DNA from: Nitrospirota bacterium
GTDB taxonomy: Bacteria; Nitrospirota; Nitrospiria; Nitrospirales; UBA8639
Reading direction: 5' to 3'
Assembly: GCA_011088105.1 (NCBI GenBank)
Contig: JAALKI010000001.1
Location: forward strand, 30,353 to 94,352
Length of the DNA: 64,000 nt
Position numbers and translations under genes: made by a program. Numbering within the stretch: position 1 is the first letter of the stretch; each line of letters begins with the position of its first letter. Under the pieces are notes generated by a model. The model ran no database searches and was not told the origin of the DNA. It saw only the letters and a list, made by a program, of their open reading frames with translations. Below, one piece after another: positions 37,025-47,931 of the stretch.

Positions 37025-37276
37025 ATGCATGTTGACATTAGATGGTTGTGGGTTGCCATGGTCGGAGGAAGCATCCTTCTGGCATTACCAGGAAATTCTG
37101 CGGTTGCAGGAATCATTAGAGATGTCTTTGGGCACTTCTTTTCAACGTTGATCTTGGCGGTCATTCCTATCGTCGGCTACCGTATCCTGTATAAGCAGAT
37201 TGACGAAAAAATTATCACCTATTTCTTTGCAGCTGCATGGGCGTTTCTCGTGCTGTCGCAATTTGTACGGTCTTAG
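37025..37276 (+). CDS. small membrane protein, hypothetical
   Basis: 83 aa with 2-3 predicted TM helices, no recognisable motif and a weak RBS. Confidence 0.3.
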   Translation: MHVDIRWLWVAMVGGSILLALPGNSAVAGIIRDVFGHFFSTLILAVIPIVGYRILYKQIDEKIITYFFAAAWAFLVLSQFVRS

Positions 37277-37555
37277 CACATAGGCATCGACCTTGTTTCT
37301 ACACCAAACGCGAGAACGCATGCCCTCCATCATATCCTCCCTTTTCATACATTGCGTATTTCAAAAACGAGGCATCACCAGCATTCTCCTGACGTCTTGA
37401 TAAGATTCAGACTCATCGTGTCACCTCTCTCCTCTGCCACAGACACTAAATTTTAGTTGCTCCTCACAACAAAGGGTTGATCTCACTCGGTCAATGCTTA
37501 TCTGTATAACAACGATGGAAAAAGCCACGTTATCTGGATACTGGGAGAAAGCACT

Positions 37556-40159
37556 ATGGACATGAACCGAATGACATTGAAGTTACAGGAAGCGCTACAA
37601 GCCGCTTCCGGGCTAGCCATGAACCGCAATCATCAAGGCATTGATGTCGAACATCTCTTACTAGCACTGCTGGACCAACATGATGGCTCAACGATTCCCA
37701 TCCTTGAGCAAGCAGGACTTTCAGCAAAGGCTGTCCATAACGCTGCTGAAGCGGCTGTCGGGAAGATTCCCCAAGTCCAAGTCACCGGAGGAGGCCCCGG
37801 CCAAATCCACCTCACCTCTCGGATGACCCACGTTCTTTCTCACGCAGAACGGGAAATGCAGGAACTCCATGATGACTATCTCAGCATAGAGCATGTCTTG
37901 CTGGCCATGATTGAAGAAGGCGGCCTCCTGAAAAAACTCGGAATGAGCAGAGAAAAACTCTTGACGGGGCTACAACAAGTCCGTGGCAATCAACGTGTGA
38001 CTAGCCAGGACCCTGAGGGCACCTATCAAGCGTTAGAAAAATATGGCCGAGACCTGACTCGATTGGCCGCGCAGGGAAAATTGGATCCAGTCATTGGACG
38101 GGACGAGGAAATCCGGCGTGTCATTCAAATTCTTTCGCGGCGAACCAAAAATAATCCCGTGTTAATCGGCGAGCCCGGTGTAGGCAAAACAGCCATTGTC
38201 GAAGGATTAGCTCAGCGTGTCGTGAAAGGCGATGTACCTGAAGGCCTGAAGAATAAACGGGTTGTCGTCCTGGACATGGGGGCATTAGTAGCTGGGGCTA
38301 AGTTTCGTGGAGAGTTTGAAGAACGGCTCAAGGCGGTCCTGAAAGAAATTCAATCGTCACAAGGACAAGTGCTGCTGTTCATTGATGAATTACATACCGT
38401 TGTGGGCGCCGGCGCAGCAGAAGGGTCTATGGATGCCGCCAATCTTTTGAAGCCCATGTTAGCAAGAGGAGAGCTTCATCTCATTGGGGCCACGACGCTT
38501 GATGAATATCGCAAATACATTGAAAAAGATGCGGCGTTGGAACGGCGATTCCAACCCGTGATCGTCGATCAACCTTCCGTAGAAAATACCATTTCCATTC
38601 TCCGTGGTTTGAGAGAACGGTATGAAGTGCACCATGGCATTCGGATCAAAGATACAGCACTGGTGGCTGCTGCTCGGCTTTCACATCGGTATATTGGCGA
38701 TCGCTTTCTTCCAGATAAAGCCATTGATCTTGTCGATGAAGCCGCCGCTCGGTTACGCACGGAAATTGATAGCATGCCAGCGGAATTAGACGAGATCTCC
38801 AGGAAAGTGCTCCAGTTGGAAATTGAACGAGAGGCGTTGAAGAAAGAATCCGACCCCGGAAGTCTTGCGAGACTGCAAATCTTAGAACGTGAACTAGAGG
38901 ACAAGCAGTCCGCATTACAAACATTAACCGCACAATGGGAAACAGAAAAATCTTCGGTCGGACGCTTACATGCAATCCGACAACAGATTGATGATGTGAA
39001 GCATCAAATTGAACGATATGAACGGGAATATGACCTCAACCGAGCGGCTGAGCTTCGCTATGGAACCTTGCCTCGCTTGGAGAGAGAATTAGCTGGAGAA
39101 GAAGAACATCTTGGAAACCAAGCCGCAGAAAGCCGCCTGCTCAAAGAAGAAGTTGATGAAGAGGATATTGCTGAGATTGTCAGTCGATGGACAGGGATTC
39201 CAGTGAGTCGCTTGCTACAAGGCGAAATGGAAAAACTCTTAAAACTGGATGAGCTCTTACACAAACGAGTGATAGGACAGGAAGAAGGCGTTAAAGCAGT
39301 GGCTGACGCAGTCTTACGCGCACGGGCAGGGGTTAAAGATCCTCATCGACCCATTGGGTCGTTTCTATTTTTAGGCCCCACTGGAGTCGGAAAAACCGAA
39401 TTGGCGAAAGCATTGGCTGCCACGCTTTTTGATGATGAAGGCAACCTTGTCCGCATCGATATGTCGGAATATATGGAAAAGCATACGGTCGCACGCTTGA
39501 TCGGAGCTCCTCCGGGGTATGTCGGGTATGAAGAAGGTGGTCAACTGACAGAAGCCGTCAGACGTCGACCATTTTCCGTGATTCTACTCGATGAAGTGGA
39601 GAAGGCCCATCATGATGTCTTTAATGTACTACTCCAAGTCTTAGATGATGGACGATTGACGGATTCTCAAGGCCGAACGGTCGATTTCAAAAATACCGTA
39701 TTGATTATGACCTCAAACATTGGCAGTCAGGAAATATTAGAGGCCCAGCAACGAGGCCTTTCTTATGAGGAGTTAACTGTTTTAGTCATGGGAGAAGTGC
39801 GCCATTATTTCCGACCCGAGTTTCTCAACCGCGTCGATGAACATGTAGTCTTTCATGCATTAACCGTATCGGAACTTGAGAGCATTGTGGAAATTCAATT
39901 GGCAAGTCTTCAGAGCCGACTCATGGATCGTCGCATTCGTTTGGACGTCACCAAAACCGCGATCACTGATCTAGCCACACGCGGGTACGATCCAGTGTTT
40001 GGCGCACGCCCATTGAAGCGTCTTATTCAGCAAGATATTGAAACACCCTTGTCCCGTATGTTGATAAAAGGAGAAGTCAAAGATGGGGATCAAGCCATCG
40101 TTGATTGCAAAGACGATCAGCTCATTATTCAGTCTCACCGCGAACGTCTTGAAGACTGA
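37556..40159 (+). CDS. clpB: ATP-dependent disaggregase ClpB
   Basis: 867 aa with two AAA+ modules ([18 protein letters not shown]), a coiled-coil middle domain and a Clp N-domain. Confidence 0.95.
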   Translation: MDMNRMTLKLQEALQAASGLAMNRNHQGIDVEHLLLALLDQHDGSTIPILEQAGLSAKAVHNAAEAAVGKIPQVQVTGGGPGQIHLTSRMTHVLSHAEREMQELHDDYLSIEHVLLAMIEEGGLLKKLGMSREKLLTGLQQVRGNQRVTSQDPEGTYQALEKYGRDLTRLAAQGKLDPVIGRDEEIRRVIQILSRRTKNNPVLIGEPGVGKTAIVEGLAQRVVKGDVPEGLKNKRVVVLDMGALVAGAKFRGEFEERLKAVLKEIQSSQGQVLLFIDELHTVVGAGAAEGSMDAANLLKPMLARGELHLIGATTLDEYRKYIEKDAALERRFQPVIVDQPSVENTISILRGLRERYEVHHGIRIKDTALVAAARLSHRYIGDRFLPDKAIDLVDEAAARLRTEIDSMPAELDEISRKVLQLEIEREALKKESDPGSLARLQILERELEDKQSALQTLTAQWETEKSSVGRLHAIRQQIDDVKHQIERYEREYDLNRAAELRYGTLPRLERELAGEEEHLGNQAAESRLLKEEVDEEDIAEIVSRWTGIPVSRLLQGEMEKLLKLDELLHKRVIGQEEGVKAVADAVLRARAGVKDPHRPIGSFLFLGPTGVGKTELAKALAATLFDDEGNLVRIDMSEYMEKHTVARLIGAPPGYVGYEEGGQLTEAVRRRPFSVILLDEVEKAHHDVFNVLLQVLDDGRLTDSQGRTVDFKNTVLIMTSNIGSQEILEAQQRGLSYEELTVLVMGEVRHYFRPEFLNRVDEHVVFHALTVSELESIVEIQLASLQSRLMDRRIRLDVTKTAITDLATRGYDPVFGARPLKRLIQQDIETPLSRMLIKGEVKDGDQAIVDCKDDQLIIQSHRERLED

Positions 40160-40174
40160 AGGTGAAGGCAGACG

Positions 40175-41416
40175 TTAGGCTGATTTTCTAATAAAGGTCG
40201 GATGGGTGGCCCCATGAATGACATCGGGCGTAATGATGACTTCTTGCACGCCTTTGAGCGCCGGCGTGTCGTACATAAGATCTAACATGACCTCTTCTAA
40301 AAGCGTCCGCAGTGCACGAGCTCCGGTTTTCATTGGCAGCGCTTTTTTAGCAATGGTCTCTACCGCTTCATCGGTGAAGGTCAATTCAACATTATCCAAC
40401 CCAAACAAGGCTCGATATTGTTTCAGAAGCGCGTTTTTCGGTTGAGTCATGATGTGGATTAGATCGTCAACCGTCAAATTCGAAAGTGTGGTGAGAACCG
40501 GAAACCGCCCCACAAACTCGGGGATGAGTCCATATTGCAAGAGATCATCCGGTTGCGCATGTTCCAGGAGTTCTCCTGGGGATGCTGGTGTGGGCACATG
40601 AGTATCGGCGCCAAACCCCAAACGTTTATGACTTATTCGTCGGCCCACAATTTCGTCAAGCCCCACAAATGCGCCTCCACATATAAACAGAATATTCTTC
40701 GTATTGAGACGGATATACTCTTGATCCGGATGTTTCCGTCCCCCTTTAGGAGGAATATTACAGACCGTCCCTTCCACAAGCTTTAGTAATGCCTGTTGAA
40801 CCCCCTCACCCGAAACATCCCGCGTAATGGACGCACTCTCTGATTTTCTGCTGATTTTATCAATTTCATCGATGTAAATAATGCCAATTTCAGCACGAGC
40901 AATATCAAAATCTGCTGCCTGTACGAGTTTCAGCACCACGTTTTCGACATCTTCACCAACGTAGCCGGCTTCGGTCACTGTTGTGGCATCGGCGATCGCA
41001 AAAGGGACATGCAGCAAGCGCGCAAGCGTTTGGGCAATCAAGGTTTTTCCTGTGCCAGTTGGCCCAATCATCATGACATTGCCTTTTTCCAGTTCGACAT
41101 CCTTGAGATCTTTCCCACTGAATACGCGTTTGTAATGATTATGCACTGCAACAGATAAGACTTTTTTGGCTTGGTCTTGTCCAATCACGTATTGATCGAG
41201 GATCGCTTTGATCTCTGGTGGCTCCAAAAGTTGAACGGGAGCAGGCACAGGCGAAGGTGTCGGTGTTGAGGTCTGAGCTTTGGAAAAGAGTGTGACACAT
41301 TGGGTCACACAATCATGGCAAATACACGTGAGTGAAGGCATGTCACACGATTGGCATGCCTGTGGGGCAGGCGCCTGCACCAGAGAAGAGCGGGCTGCTT
41401 CTTGTGTACGTTCCAC
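40175..41416 (-). CDS. clpX: ClpX-like AAA+ unfoldase; the 5' end is apparently frameshifted
   Basis: Contains [47 protein letters not shown] and IIYIDEIDK. The canonical N-terminus [21 protein letters not shown] is encoded in a different frame from the ATG at 41474. No clpP is adjacent. Confidence 0.85.
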   Translation of the reverse strand: MERTQEAARSSLVQAPAPQACQSCDMPSLTCICHDCVTQCVTLFSKAQTSTPTPSPVPAPVQLLEPPEIKAILDQYVIGQDQAKKVLSVAVHNHYKRVFSGKDLKDVELEKGNVMMIGPTGTGKTLIAQTLARLLHVPFAIADATTVTEAGYVGEDVENVVLKLVQAADFDIARAEIGIIYIDEIDKISRKSESASITRDVSGEGVQQALLKLVEGTVCNIPPKGGRKHPDQEYIRLNTKNILFICGGAFVGLDEIVGRRISHKRLGFGADTHVPTPASPGELLEHAQPDDLLQYGLIPEFVGRFPVLTTLSNLTVDDLIHIMTQPKNALLKQYRALFGLDNVELTFTDEAVETIAKKALPMKTGARALRTLLEEVMLDLMYDTPALKGVQEVIITPDVIHGATHPTFIRKSA

Positions 41417-41582
41417 AAAAAGAACAGATCAGCCCTTTGGAACCGTCTCCTTGTTGTGATTCTCGCGAAGCCATGAGTTCATCATAAACATGGATCGTCA
41501 TGAATTCAAATCACGATGTCGGCATGAATCACTTAACAGGAGTAAATGCTCAACAGACATGGCAAGTTCCCTTTAGGAAGAC

Positions 41583-42032
41583 TTACTGTTTTTGGAGAAA
41601 AAAGAAGACACCATCCCAGACCATCACCATCGGGACCTCTTCTCCCTTCATCAGCATACTTCCAGGCGCTGCCCAACTCCGCTTCCCACATAAGACCTCA
41701 ACGCTAGGAATCGGGCCTTCTGTGTAATCCAACAATTCAGGCGAGGCTCGAAACTCATCATAGAATTTTTCTAAGAGAATGATGCGTTGCCGATATGTCG
41801 GGGATGCGCAGGTTTCTCCATCGAAGGATGCGGTCTGCTTGGTATAATGTGCGACTTTCCCAACCCACGTCTTGGCTTCCTCAGGGCTCATGGCAGAGAT
41901 ACCTGGGATTCTGTAGTCAGTAAGAATCCATGTCCCATAAAAAAATGGGCCAGAATCACTCGACTGGCACCCCGTGATAACAAGTGCCAAGAAAAAGAGC
42001 CCAATGCTGAAACGCGTTAATGCGTGGATCAT
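41583..42032 (-). CDS. hypothetical lipoprotein
   Basis: From the ATG at 42032: MIHALTRFSIGLFFLALVITGCQSS (signal peptide plus lipobox). An AGGTGA SD-like element lies upstream. The start is 11 nt after the end of the lysozyme remnant. Confidence 0.5.
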   Translation of the reverse strand: MIHALTRFSIGLFFLALVITGCQSSDSGPFFYGTWILTDYRIPGISAMSPEEAKTWVGKVAHYTKQTASFDGETCASPTYRQRIILLEKFYDEFRASPELLDYTEGPIPSVEVLCGKRSWAAPGSMLMKGEEVPMVMVWDGVFFFLQKQ

Positions 42033-42042
42033 AACCAAAAAA

Positions 42043-42519
42043 TCACCTATTTTTCTCACCATTCCATAAGACAATTTCTTTTTCCCAACGATTGATCAAT
42101 CCTTGAACTTTTTGGCCACCGGAATAGACCCACCGTCTCAATTGCGTTGGCACACCCTGATAGTGGCCTTGATTCAAGACCTTTAAGAGTGTGCTGTTCG
42201 AAATGCCATACTCCCCATATTGAATGCAAACGAGACAAGTGCATCAAATTGATGTTGTCTAAGATCAATCGTCACGTACTCATTGATGGACTGCTCAAAT
42301 CGCTGAAGATCTTGATCTAACAGATCCATAGCCTGTGACAATGTCACACCATCTGAATAGCAAGTAGGCTGACCAAGAATAGAAATCTTCCCAGAGCTCA
42401 ATTCATCCCGAGTAAGAAGATGTCTAACCCCAATCGTGGGTAATCCAAGCCACATCAGGATGCTCTTGCGACTCAAGTCCTTCCCAGTCTGCAAGCTGTT
42501 TCTTGCCATGTTGCAACAT
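42043..42519 (-). pseudogene. GH24 (phage T4-type) lysozyme remnant with at least two frameshifts
   Basis: Three frames carry consecutive homologous pieces. The first is MLQHGKKQLADWEGLESQEHPDVA, from the ATG at 42519. The second is GLPTIGVRHLL ... QHQFDALVSFAFNMGSMAFR, the track ORF. The third is STLLKVLNQGHYQGVPTQLRRWVYSGGQKVQGLINRWEKEIVLW, ending at 42043. Confidence 0.7.
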
Positions 42520-42633
42520 CTAATGCTTCATCGTCGTTTTCTTTTTACGTGAAGCACTCACGCATGATCTGACGGCTCTTCATCATGACTCCACGATGAA
42601 ACCTGATCTGTCTATTGCCCGACACACAGTATA

Positions 42634-42662
42634 TTGACAACCTTTTGTTCCCTTCCTAGAAT
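42634..42662 (+). promoter_or_regulatory. sigma-70 promoter upstream of potA
   Basis: TTGACA (42634-42639), a 17-nt spacer, then TAGAAT (42657-42662). It lies about 40 nt upstream of the potA ATG. Confidence 0.5.
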
Positions 42663-42700
42663 CCTCTTCCACGCTTGTTGCCTGGTATCTTCGATTGACC

Positions 42701-43807
42701 ATGAACCATACTCTCCCCTCCCATGCCAGCATTGCCCTTGAAAACGTTGTCAAGCAACATGGAGACACACTTGCCGTTAACACCGTATCTTTGGAGATTC
42801 GACCAGGAGAATTTTTTTCTCTCCTTGGCCCCAGTGGCTCGGGGAAAACCACTATCTTACGGCTGATTGCCGGCTTGGATCAACCGGATGAAGGCCGTAT
42901 TGTTATTCAGGGTCATGTCATGCAAGATGTCGCGCCTCAACACCGGCCAGTGAACATTGTGTTTCAACAATATGCCTTGTTTCCCCACATGACGGTTTTT
43001 AAAAATGTAGCGTTTGGTTTAGAAATGCAAAAGGTTTCCCCTCAAGATATAACACAACGCGTGGCGGAAACATTGGATTTGGTTCAATTGTCTGGAAAGC
43101 ACATGCGTGTGCCATCTGAACTGTCTGGAGGAGAACAGCAACGGGTGGCACTCGCACGAGCATTGGTCAATCGGCCCTCGGTGCTATTACTTGATGAACC
43201 GTTGGGTGCCCTTGACCAGCAATTACGGCAAGAAATGCAGAGGGAATTGAAAACGCTTCAAGAACAACTTGGCATCACCTTTTTCTACGTGACACACCAT
43301 CAGGAGGAAGCGCTCACCATGTCCGACCGCATTGCGGTGATGCATAATGGCCAACTGCTGCAAGTCGGAAGTCCGCAGGAACTGTACCAATCTCCAGCCA
43401 CGCCGTTTGTGGCTGAATTTGTGGGGCGGTCAAATCGACTTGATGGAACAGTCGTTTCGATACAGAGCACACACGCCACACTAGAAACGAAACATGTTCC
43501 TCCCATTCACATCCCCAAACCGGAAGAGCCGACGATTCATCATTCTATGACTTTGATTCTTCGTCCCGAATGGATTCACCTGACAAAAAATGACCATGAG
43601 TCAGGATTCGACAACCATTTGCCAGCCTGTATTCGAAATGTGCAATACTTGGGAAACGAGTTCCACTATCGACTAGAAGTAACCCCTGACATCTTCTGGA
43701 CAGCCACCGTCCCGATCCTCGGCCACCAACATGCGCCGTTTCAAACGGGAGAACAGGTCTTTATTGATTGGAAAACTCATGATAGTGTCGTGCTCTCCAC
43801 ATCATAG
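42701..43807 (+). CDS. potA: spermidine/putrescine ABC transporter ATPase
   Basis: Walker A GPSGSGKTT, signature LSGGEQQRVALARAL, Walker B LLLDEP, and a C-terminal TOBE-like domain. Confidence 0.9.
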   Translation: MNHTLPSHASIALENVVKQHGDTLAVNTVSLEIRPGEFFSLLGPSGSGKTTILRLIAGLDQPDEGRIVIQGHVMQDVAPQHRPVNIVFQQYALFPHMTVFKNVAFGLEMQKVSPQDITQRVAETLDLVQLSGKHMRVPSELSGGEQQRVALARALVNRPSVLLLDEPLGALDQQLRQEMQRELKTLQEQLGITFFYVTHHQEEALTMSDRIAVMHNGQLLQVGSPQELYQSPATPFVAEFVGRSNRLDGTVVSIQSTHATLETKHVPPIHIPKPEEPTIHHSMTLILRPEWIHLTKNDHESGFDNHLPACIRNVQYLGNEFHYRLEVTPDIFWTATVPILGHQHAPFQTGEQVFIDWKTHDSVVLSTS

Positions 43808-43845
43808 CTTTATGGCACTATTCATTGCACTGCACCTCATCCCTC

Positions 43846-44748
43846 ATGTCACAACCATTGACAAAGAGCAGCACTATTCCTCCTAAACGCTCTGTGAGTA
43901 AATCATCCTTCTCTCTGTGGTTATCTTGGCCCCTCGTCCCTGCTCTTGTCATGTTCATCGTCTTTTTTGTGATACCGCTTGTGATGATGCTAGGAATTAG
44001 TTTTGCCTCACGGGACACCTATGGCAGAATAGCGTGGCTATGGACATTGTCCAACTATGAACGGGTATTTGACCCATTATACTGGACGCTGTACATGCGA
44101 TCAGCTGTACTGTCCGTCCTCACAACGGGATGCTGTCTCGTCTTAGGATTTCCTCTGGCCTACGCCATCGCTCGTGCCCCTGCTCACTTTCAGCGTGTCT
44201 TGTTGGTTTTGGTCATGATTCCGTTTTGGACTAGTTTCCTCGTTCGGACCTATGCCTGGATATTTATCCTCAGAACAGAAGGCTTGTTCAATACCATCCT
44301 CATCAAATGGGGCATCCTCACTCAGCCACTTGAAATTCTCTACACCAATAGCGCTGTACTGCTGGGGCTTGTATACGGCTATTTACCCTTCATGGTTCTT
44401 CCTTTGTATGTGGTGATTGAACGAATTTCTCCTGTACTTGAAGAAGCCGCGTATGACCTCTATGCCGGAAAATGGATGATGTTTCGACGCATTATTCTTC
44501 CTTTGGCCAAGCCAGGGATCATCGGAGGCTGTCTCTTGGTTTTTGTTCCTTCCCTTGGAGCATTTATCACCCCTTATTTATTGGGCGGTGGAAAAACCAT
44601 GATGCTGGGGACGCTGATTCAACATGAATTTTTGGTAATTCGTGACTGGCCTTTTGGATCAGCCTTGTCTTTTATCCTCATGGCCATCGTACTGGTCGTG
44701 TTAGCTGGACTCGTAAAGCGAACCAGCGGAATAGCGCCCGTCGCGTGA
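43846..44748 (+). CDS. potB: polyamine ABC transporter permease
   Basis: Six-TM permease with an EAA-type loop (LEEAAYDLYAGKWMMFRRIILPLAKPG). The start could be the TTG at 43825. Confidence 0.85.
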   Translation: MSQPLTKSSTIPPKRSVSKSSFSLWLSWPLVPALVMFIVFFVIPLVMMLGISFASRDTYGRIAWLWTLSNYERVFDPLYWTLYMRSAVLSVLTTGCCLVLGFPLAYAIARAPAHFQRVLLVLVMIPFWTSFLVRTYAWIFILRTEGLFNTILIKWGILTQPLEILYTNSAVLLGLVYGYLPFMVLPLYVVIERISPVLEEAAYDLYAGKWMMFRRIILPLAKPGIIGGCLLVFVPSLGAFITPYLLGGGKTMMLGTLIQHEFLVIRDWPFGSALSFILMAIVLVVLAGLVKRTSGIAPVA

Positions 44749-45509
44749 AAACGCCTCCTCTCTTCTATGGGCTGAGTGTCAGTGGGCTGATCTTTCTCTA
44801 TGCACCCATTCTGCTTCTTATCATCTTTTCATTTAATGCCGCTCGATTTTCTCCTATATGGGAAGGATGGACACTGCATTGGTATGGCCAGTTAGTCACT
44901 GATCGCGCACTGTGGGCTGCCACGCAAAACAGTCTTCTTGTCGGGGTGAGTTCCACCCTTATTGCACTTGGGTTCGGTGTTGGTGCCGCTTTTGTCCTGG
45001 AGCGTGAACGGTATACAGGCACACGTGTGGTAGATGGAATCGTCATGCTCCCACTTGTCATTCCCGAAATCATGATGGGCGTGGCATTGTTGTTATTTTT
45101 CGTTCTCACAGACATGCCATTAGGACTGCTCACGATCACCATTGGACATGGCATCTTTTCGCTTCCGCTTGTCATCGTCATTGTTCGCGCCAGGCTACAA
45201 AAGCTCGACCCTCAACTAATCGAAGCCGCTCATGACCTAGGAGCCAATCCCTGGCAAGCTTTTCGGCTCGTCACATTCCCTCTGCTGTGGCCTGCCATCA
45301 TCAGTGCGGCACTGATGGCCTTTACCGTATCGTTAGATGACTTTGTGATCACCTTCTTTATCACAGGCCCAGGGGCAACGACCTTACCATTATATGTTTT
45401 CTCCATGATCCGCACGGGTATTTCTCCTGCCATTCATGCCTTGTCGACCCTTCTTGTCGTAACATCCATGATCCTCATAAGCCTCTCATTCGTCTTGCAA
45501 CGAAAATAG
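44745..45509 (+). CDS. potC: polyamine ABC transporter permease
   Basis: Contains the loop LIEAAHDLGANPWQAFRLVTFPLLWPA. Its start overlaps potB. Confidence 0.9.
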   Translation: MKTPPLFYGLSVSGLIFLYAPILLLIIFSFNAARFSPIWEGWTLHWYGQLVTDRALWAATQNSLLVGVSSTLIALGFGVGAAFVLERERYTGTRVVDGIVMLPLVIPEIMMGVALLLFFVLTDMPLGLLTITIGHGIFSLPLVIVIVRARLQKLDPQLIEAAHDLGANPWQAFRLVTFPLLWPAIISAALMAFTVSLDDFVITFFITGPGATTLPLYVFSMIRTGISPAIHALSTLLVVTSMILISLSFVLQRK

Positions 45510-45521
45510 AGAACGGCCAAG

Positions 45522-46595
45522 ATGAAGACGGCTCTAAAACGCTATAGAGTCTTGCTACTGATGCTCTTTTTTTTCGGATGCCAACCTGCATCTGAAGAAA
45601 GCGGAACCATGCCATCACCTAAGCCAGACTCTTCCCTAGAGTTATCCTACTTTACATGGTCGGACTACGTTGACCAAGAACTGCTCAATGGTTTTGAGAA
45701 AAAAACGGGGATCTCCATCATCGTGGGAACCTTTAGCAGCAATGAAGAGCTTTTAGCGAAAGTGCAAAGTGGCGTGGTTGGATATGATGTCATTGCCCCT
45801 TCCGACTACATGGCTACCCTTATGGCTCGGCAAGGATTGTTGGCAACCCTAGATCTGTCACGAATTCCCAATGTTCAACATGTCATTGATTCTCTCAAGC
45901 ACTTACCGTTTGATCCTCACAATCAGTTTGTTATCCCCTATCTTTGGGGAACGGTTGGTATTGGGTATGACTCGACCATCATTCAAACGCCACCAACTAG
46001 TTGGGAAATTCTATGGGACCCACAGTACAAAGGGAAAATCAGCATGTTGAATGATCAACGTGAGGTATTTGGCGTCGCTTTACGAACCATGGGGTATTCG
46101 TTGAACGCCACCGCTTCTGCCCTCATTGAGCAAGCGAAACAGAAGCTCATTCTCCAAAAATCTTTGGTGAAGGCGTACACGAGCGAATCATTTGATCAAA
46201 TGCTGATCGCTGGCGATGTCGTACTGGCCCATGGGTGGGGTGGGCCCATTGCACGGGCAATGCGGGAAAAGCCTTCTATTCAGTATGTGGTTCCTCAGGA
46301 AGGTGGAACCATTTGGACAGATTGCTTGGCTGTGTTGCAATCATCACCACATAAAGAATTAGCCATGACGTTTATTAATTATCTGTTGGATGTTGATGTG
46401 GCCACGGCCACGTCCAACCGGTTGCTCTTTGCCTCAGCCAACCAAATGGTTAAAGAACGCGTTAAAGCTGAAGTCCGAGAAAATTCGGCCGTGTATCCAT
46501 CGGAAGCTACCGTGCAACGTATGGAATGGATGACTGATCCCGGTGAAGCAATCCGTGACTATGATCGTGCTTGGACAGAGTTAAAAGTGCATTAA
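45522..46595 (+). CDS. potD: polyamine-binding periplasmic lipoprotein
   Basis: Lipobox LFFFGCQ. PotD/PotF-like motifs are present (YFTWSDYV, YDVIAPSDYM, IPYLWGTVGIGY). Confidence 0.9.
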   Translation: MKTALKRYRVLLLMLFFFGCQPASEESGTMPSPKPDSSLELSYFTWSDYVDQELLNGFEKKTGISIIVGTFSSNEELLAKVQSGVVGYDVIAPSDYMATLMARQGLLATLDLSRIPNVQHVIDSLKHLPFDPHNQFVIPYLWGTVGIGYDSTIIQTPPTSWEILWDPQYKGKISMLNDQREVFGVALRTMGYSLNATASALIEQAKQKLILQKSLVKAYTSESFDQMLIAGDVVLAHGWGGPIARAMREKPSIQYVVPQEGGTIWTDCLAVLQSSPHKELAMTFINYLLDVDVATATSNRLLFASANQMVKERVKAEVRENSAVYPSEATVQRMEWMTDPGEAIRDYDRAWTELKVH

Positions 46596-47116
46596 GTCAT
46601 CGTCCTAACAACGCAGACGTGACCCTATGTCTACATACTCTCCTGTCACTGACTGATCCCTCCGCTATCGTAGACAAGCCATCGTTTCAGTGTCCGTTCT
46701 TTCCTTCGCAACGTTCTTCGTCACACTTCATTCATGAATTGGCTTTGCTTTCGCAATGAGCATGAGTTTCAAGAATCCCTCATGCCTATCACCTTCTACA
46801 GAAACATTGATGTTACACATGATCTGATGCGAAGCAATTTTTAGATATTTTAGTCTAGGTATTTATATCTTCAATCTGTCAAGACACGTAGAGTGACCAC
46901 TCACTCATAACACAAAGAACGGAGGAGGAGAACGGACAGACTTACCCAAGAAACCGCTCCTGAATATTGCACGACATCCGTTGACCACCAAATCATATGG
47001 AGTAAATGCCGTTCATAGCCTCACAGGACAATACTCAAGGAATACCGATTACCTTGACCCATGAAAGGTGAACCCACTACACTGAAGTATTGTTCACGTT
47101 TGAAAGTGAGGCAGCC

Positions 47117-47917
47117 ATGAATTGCAGTCGTTTATTAGTATGGATATGGTGTTTGGCATGGGGATTCATGCCTGTACCAGATGGGAATGCAGCGAGTATT
47201 TCGACTTCACAGGCTTATATCATGCCCGTGCAAGTTCCCTACTTTCCCCCTCCCAAAGCAGAGTTTCCTGACATTCCATCAGCAACACCCGCACCGAAAG
47301 AGCTAACACAAAAAGATCTTGATCGTGCAGAAGCTCTGTTACCTCTTTTAGAGGGCCGTCAAGAATATTATGCAATGGGAGAATTCAACCATTTAGGGAA
47401 ACCGGTTGTACCTATTCTGGTGAAAGGCTTGACCATGGCAAGCCCAAGAATTCGATACAATACTATTGAAACATTATCAATGATCAAAGATCCCGACGCC
47501 ATTCCTCATTTGCTAGAAACGGGCAAAGACGTTAATGAAATGACTCGCATTCGTACGCATGCCTTGAGAGTAGCCGTAGAGATTGATCCACAACAAGTGA
47601 TTGCAACATTTAAGCAGTTAACCAACGATCCTGAAGAAACCATTCGCCGAACAGTGGCGGTCCAGTCTCGCTCGGTCCAACACCTCGACGTCTTGTACCT
47701 TTTGACAGACTTACTCGCTGACTCAGAACGATTTGTGGCAACTGAAGCACTCCACTCATTTTGGCGATTGACTCGCTACAGTGGACCACCACGCAATTGG
47801 GAAGGTTCTAACCAAAAACAACGCCAACAATGGGCCAAAGAATGGCGTGCGTGGCTGAATGAACATGCGGATCATTTTCGTGAGCCAGGTCAACCTGCTC
47901 ACCCACAAGCCAAATAG
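47117..47917 (+). CDS. secreted HEAT-repeat protein
   Basis: Signal-like N-terminus MNCSRLLVWIWCLAWGFMPVPDGNA. It has repeated xxxPxIRxxxxxxL / DPDAIPHL-type HEAT-like units. Confidence 0.6.
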   Translation: MNCSRLLVWIWCLAWGFMPVPDGNAASISTSQAYIMPVQVPYFPPPKAEFPDIPSATPAPKELTQKDLDRAEALLPLLEGRQEYYAMGEFNHLGKPVVPILVKGLTMASPRIRYNTIETLSMIKDPDAIPHLLETGKDVNEMTRIRTHALRVAVEIDPQQVIATFKQLTNDPEETIRRTVAVQSRSVQHLDVLYLLTDLLADSERFVATEALHSFWRLTRYSGPPRNWEGSNQKQRQQWAKEWRAWLNEHADHFREPGQPAHPQAK

Positions 47918-47931
47918 GAGGAAAGCTTCTT

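Noticed and set aside
37381-37555. Heat-shock control elements (sigma-32 promoter, CIRCE) upstream of clpB
   Set aside because: CTTGATA is present, but the distance to any CCCCAT-like -10 is about 19 nt. No TTAGCACTC-N9-GAGTGCTAA inverted repeat was found.
46740-46755. TGGCTTTGCTTTCGCA sigma-54-like element downstream of potD
   Set aside because: The spacing is correct, but the -12 element has a mismatch (TCGCA). The nearest downstream gene start is about 360 nt away, and no SD-led ORF or terminator follows. This is compatible with a chance hit at the expected background rate.
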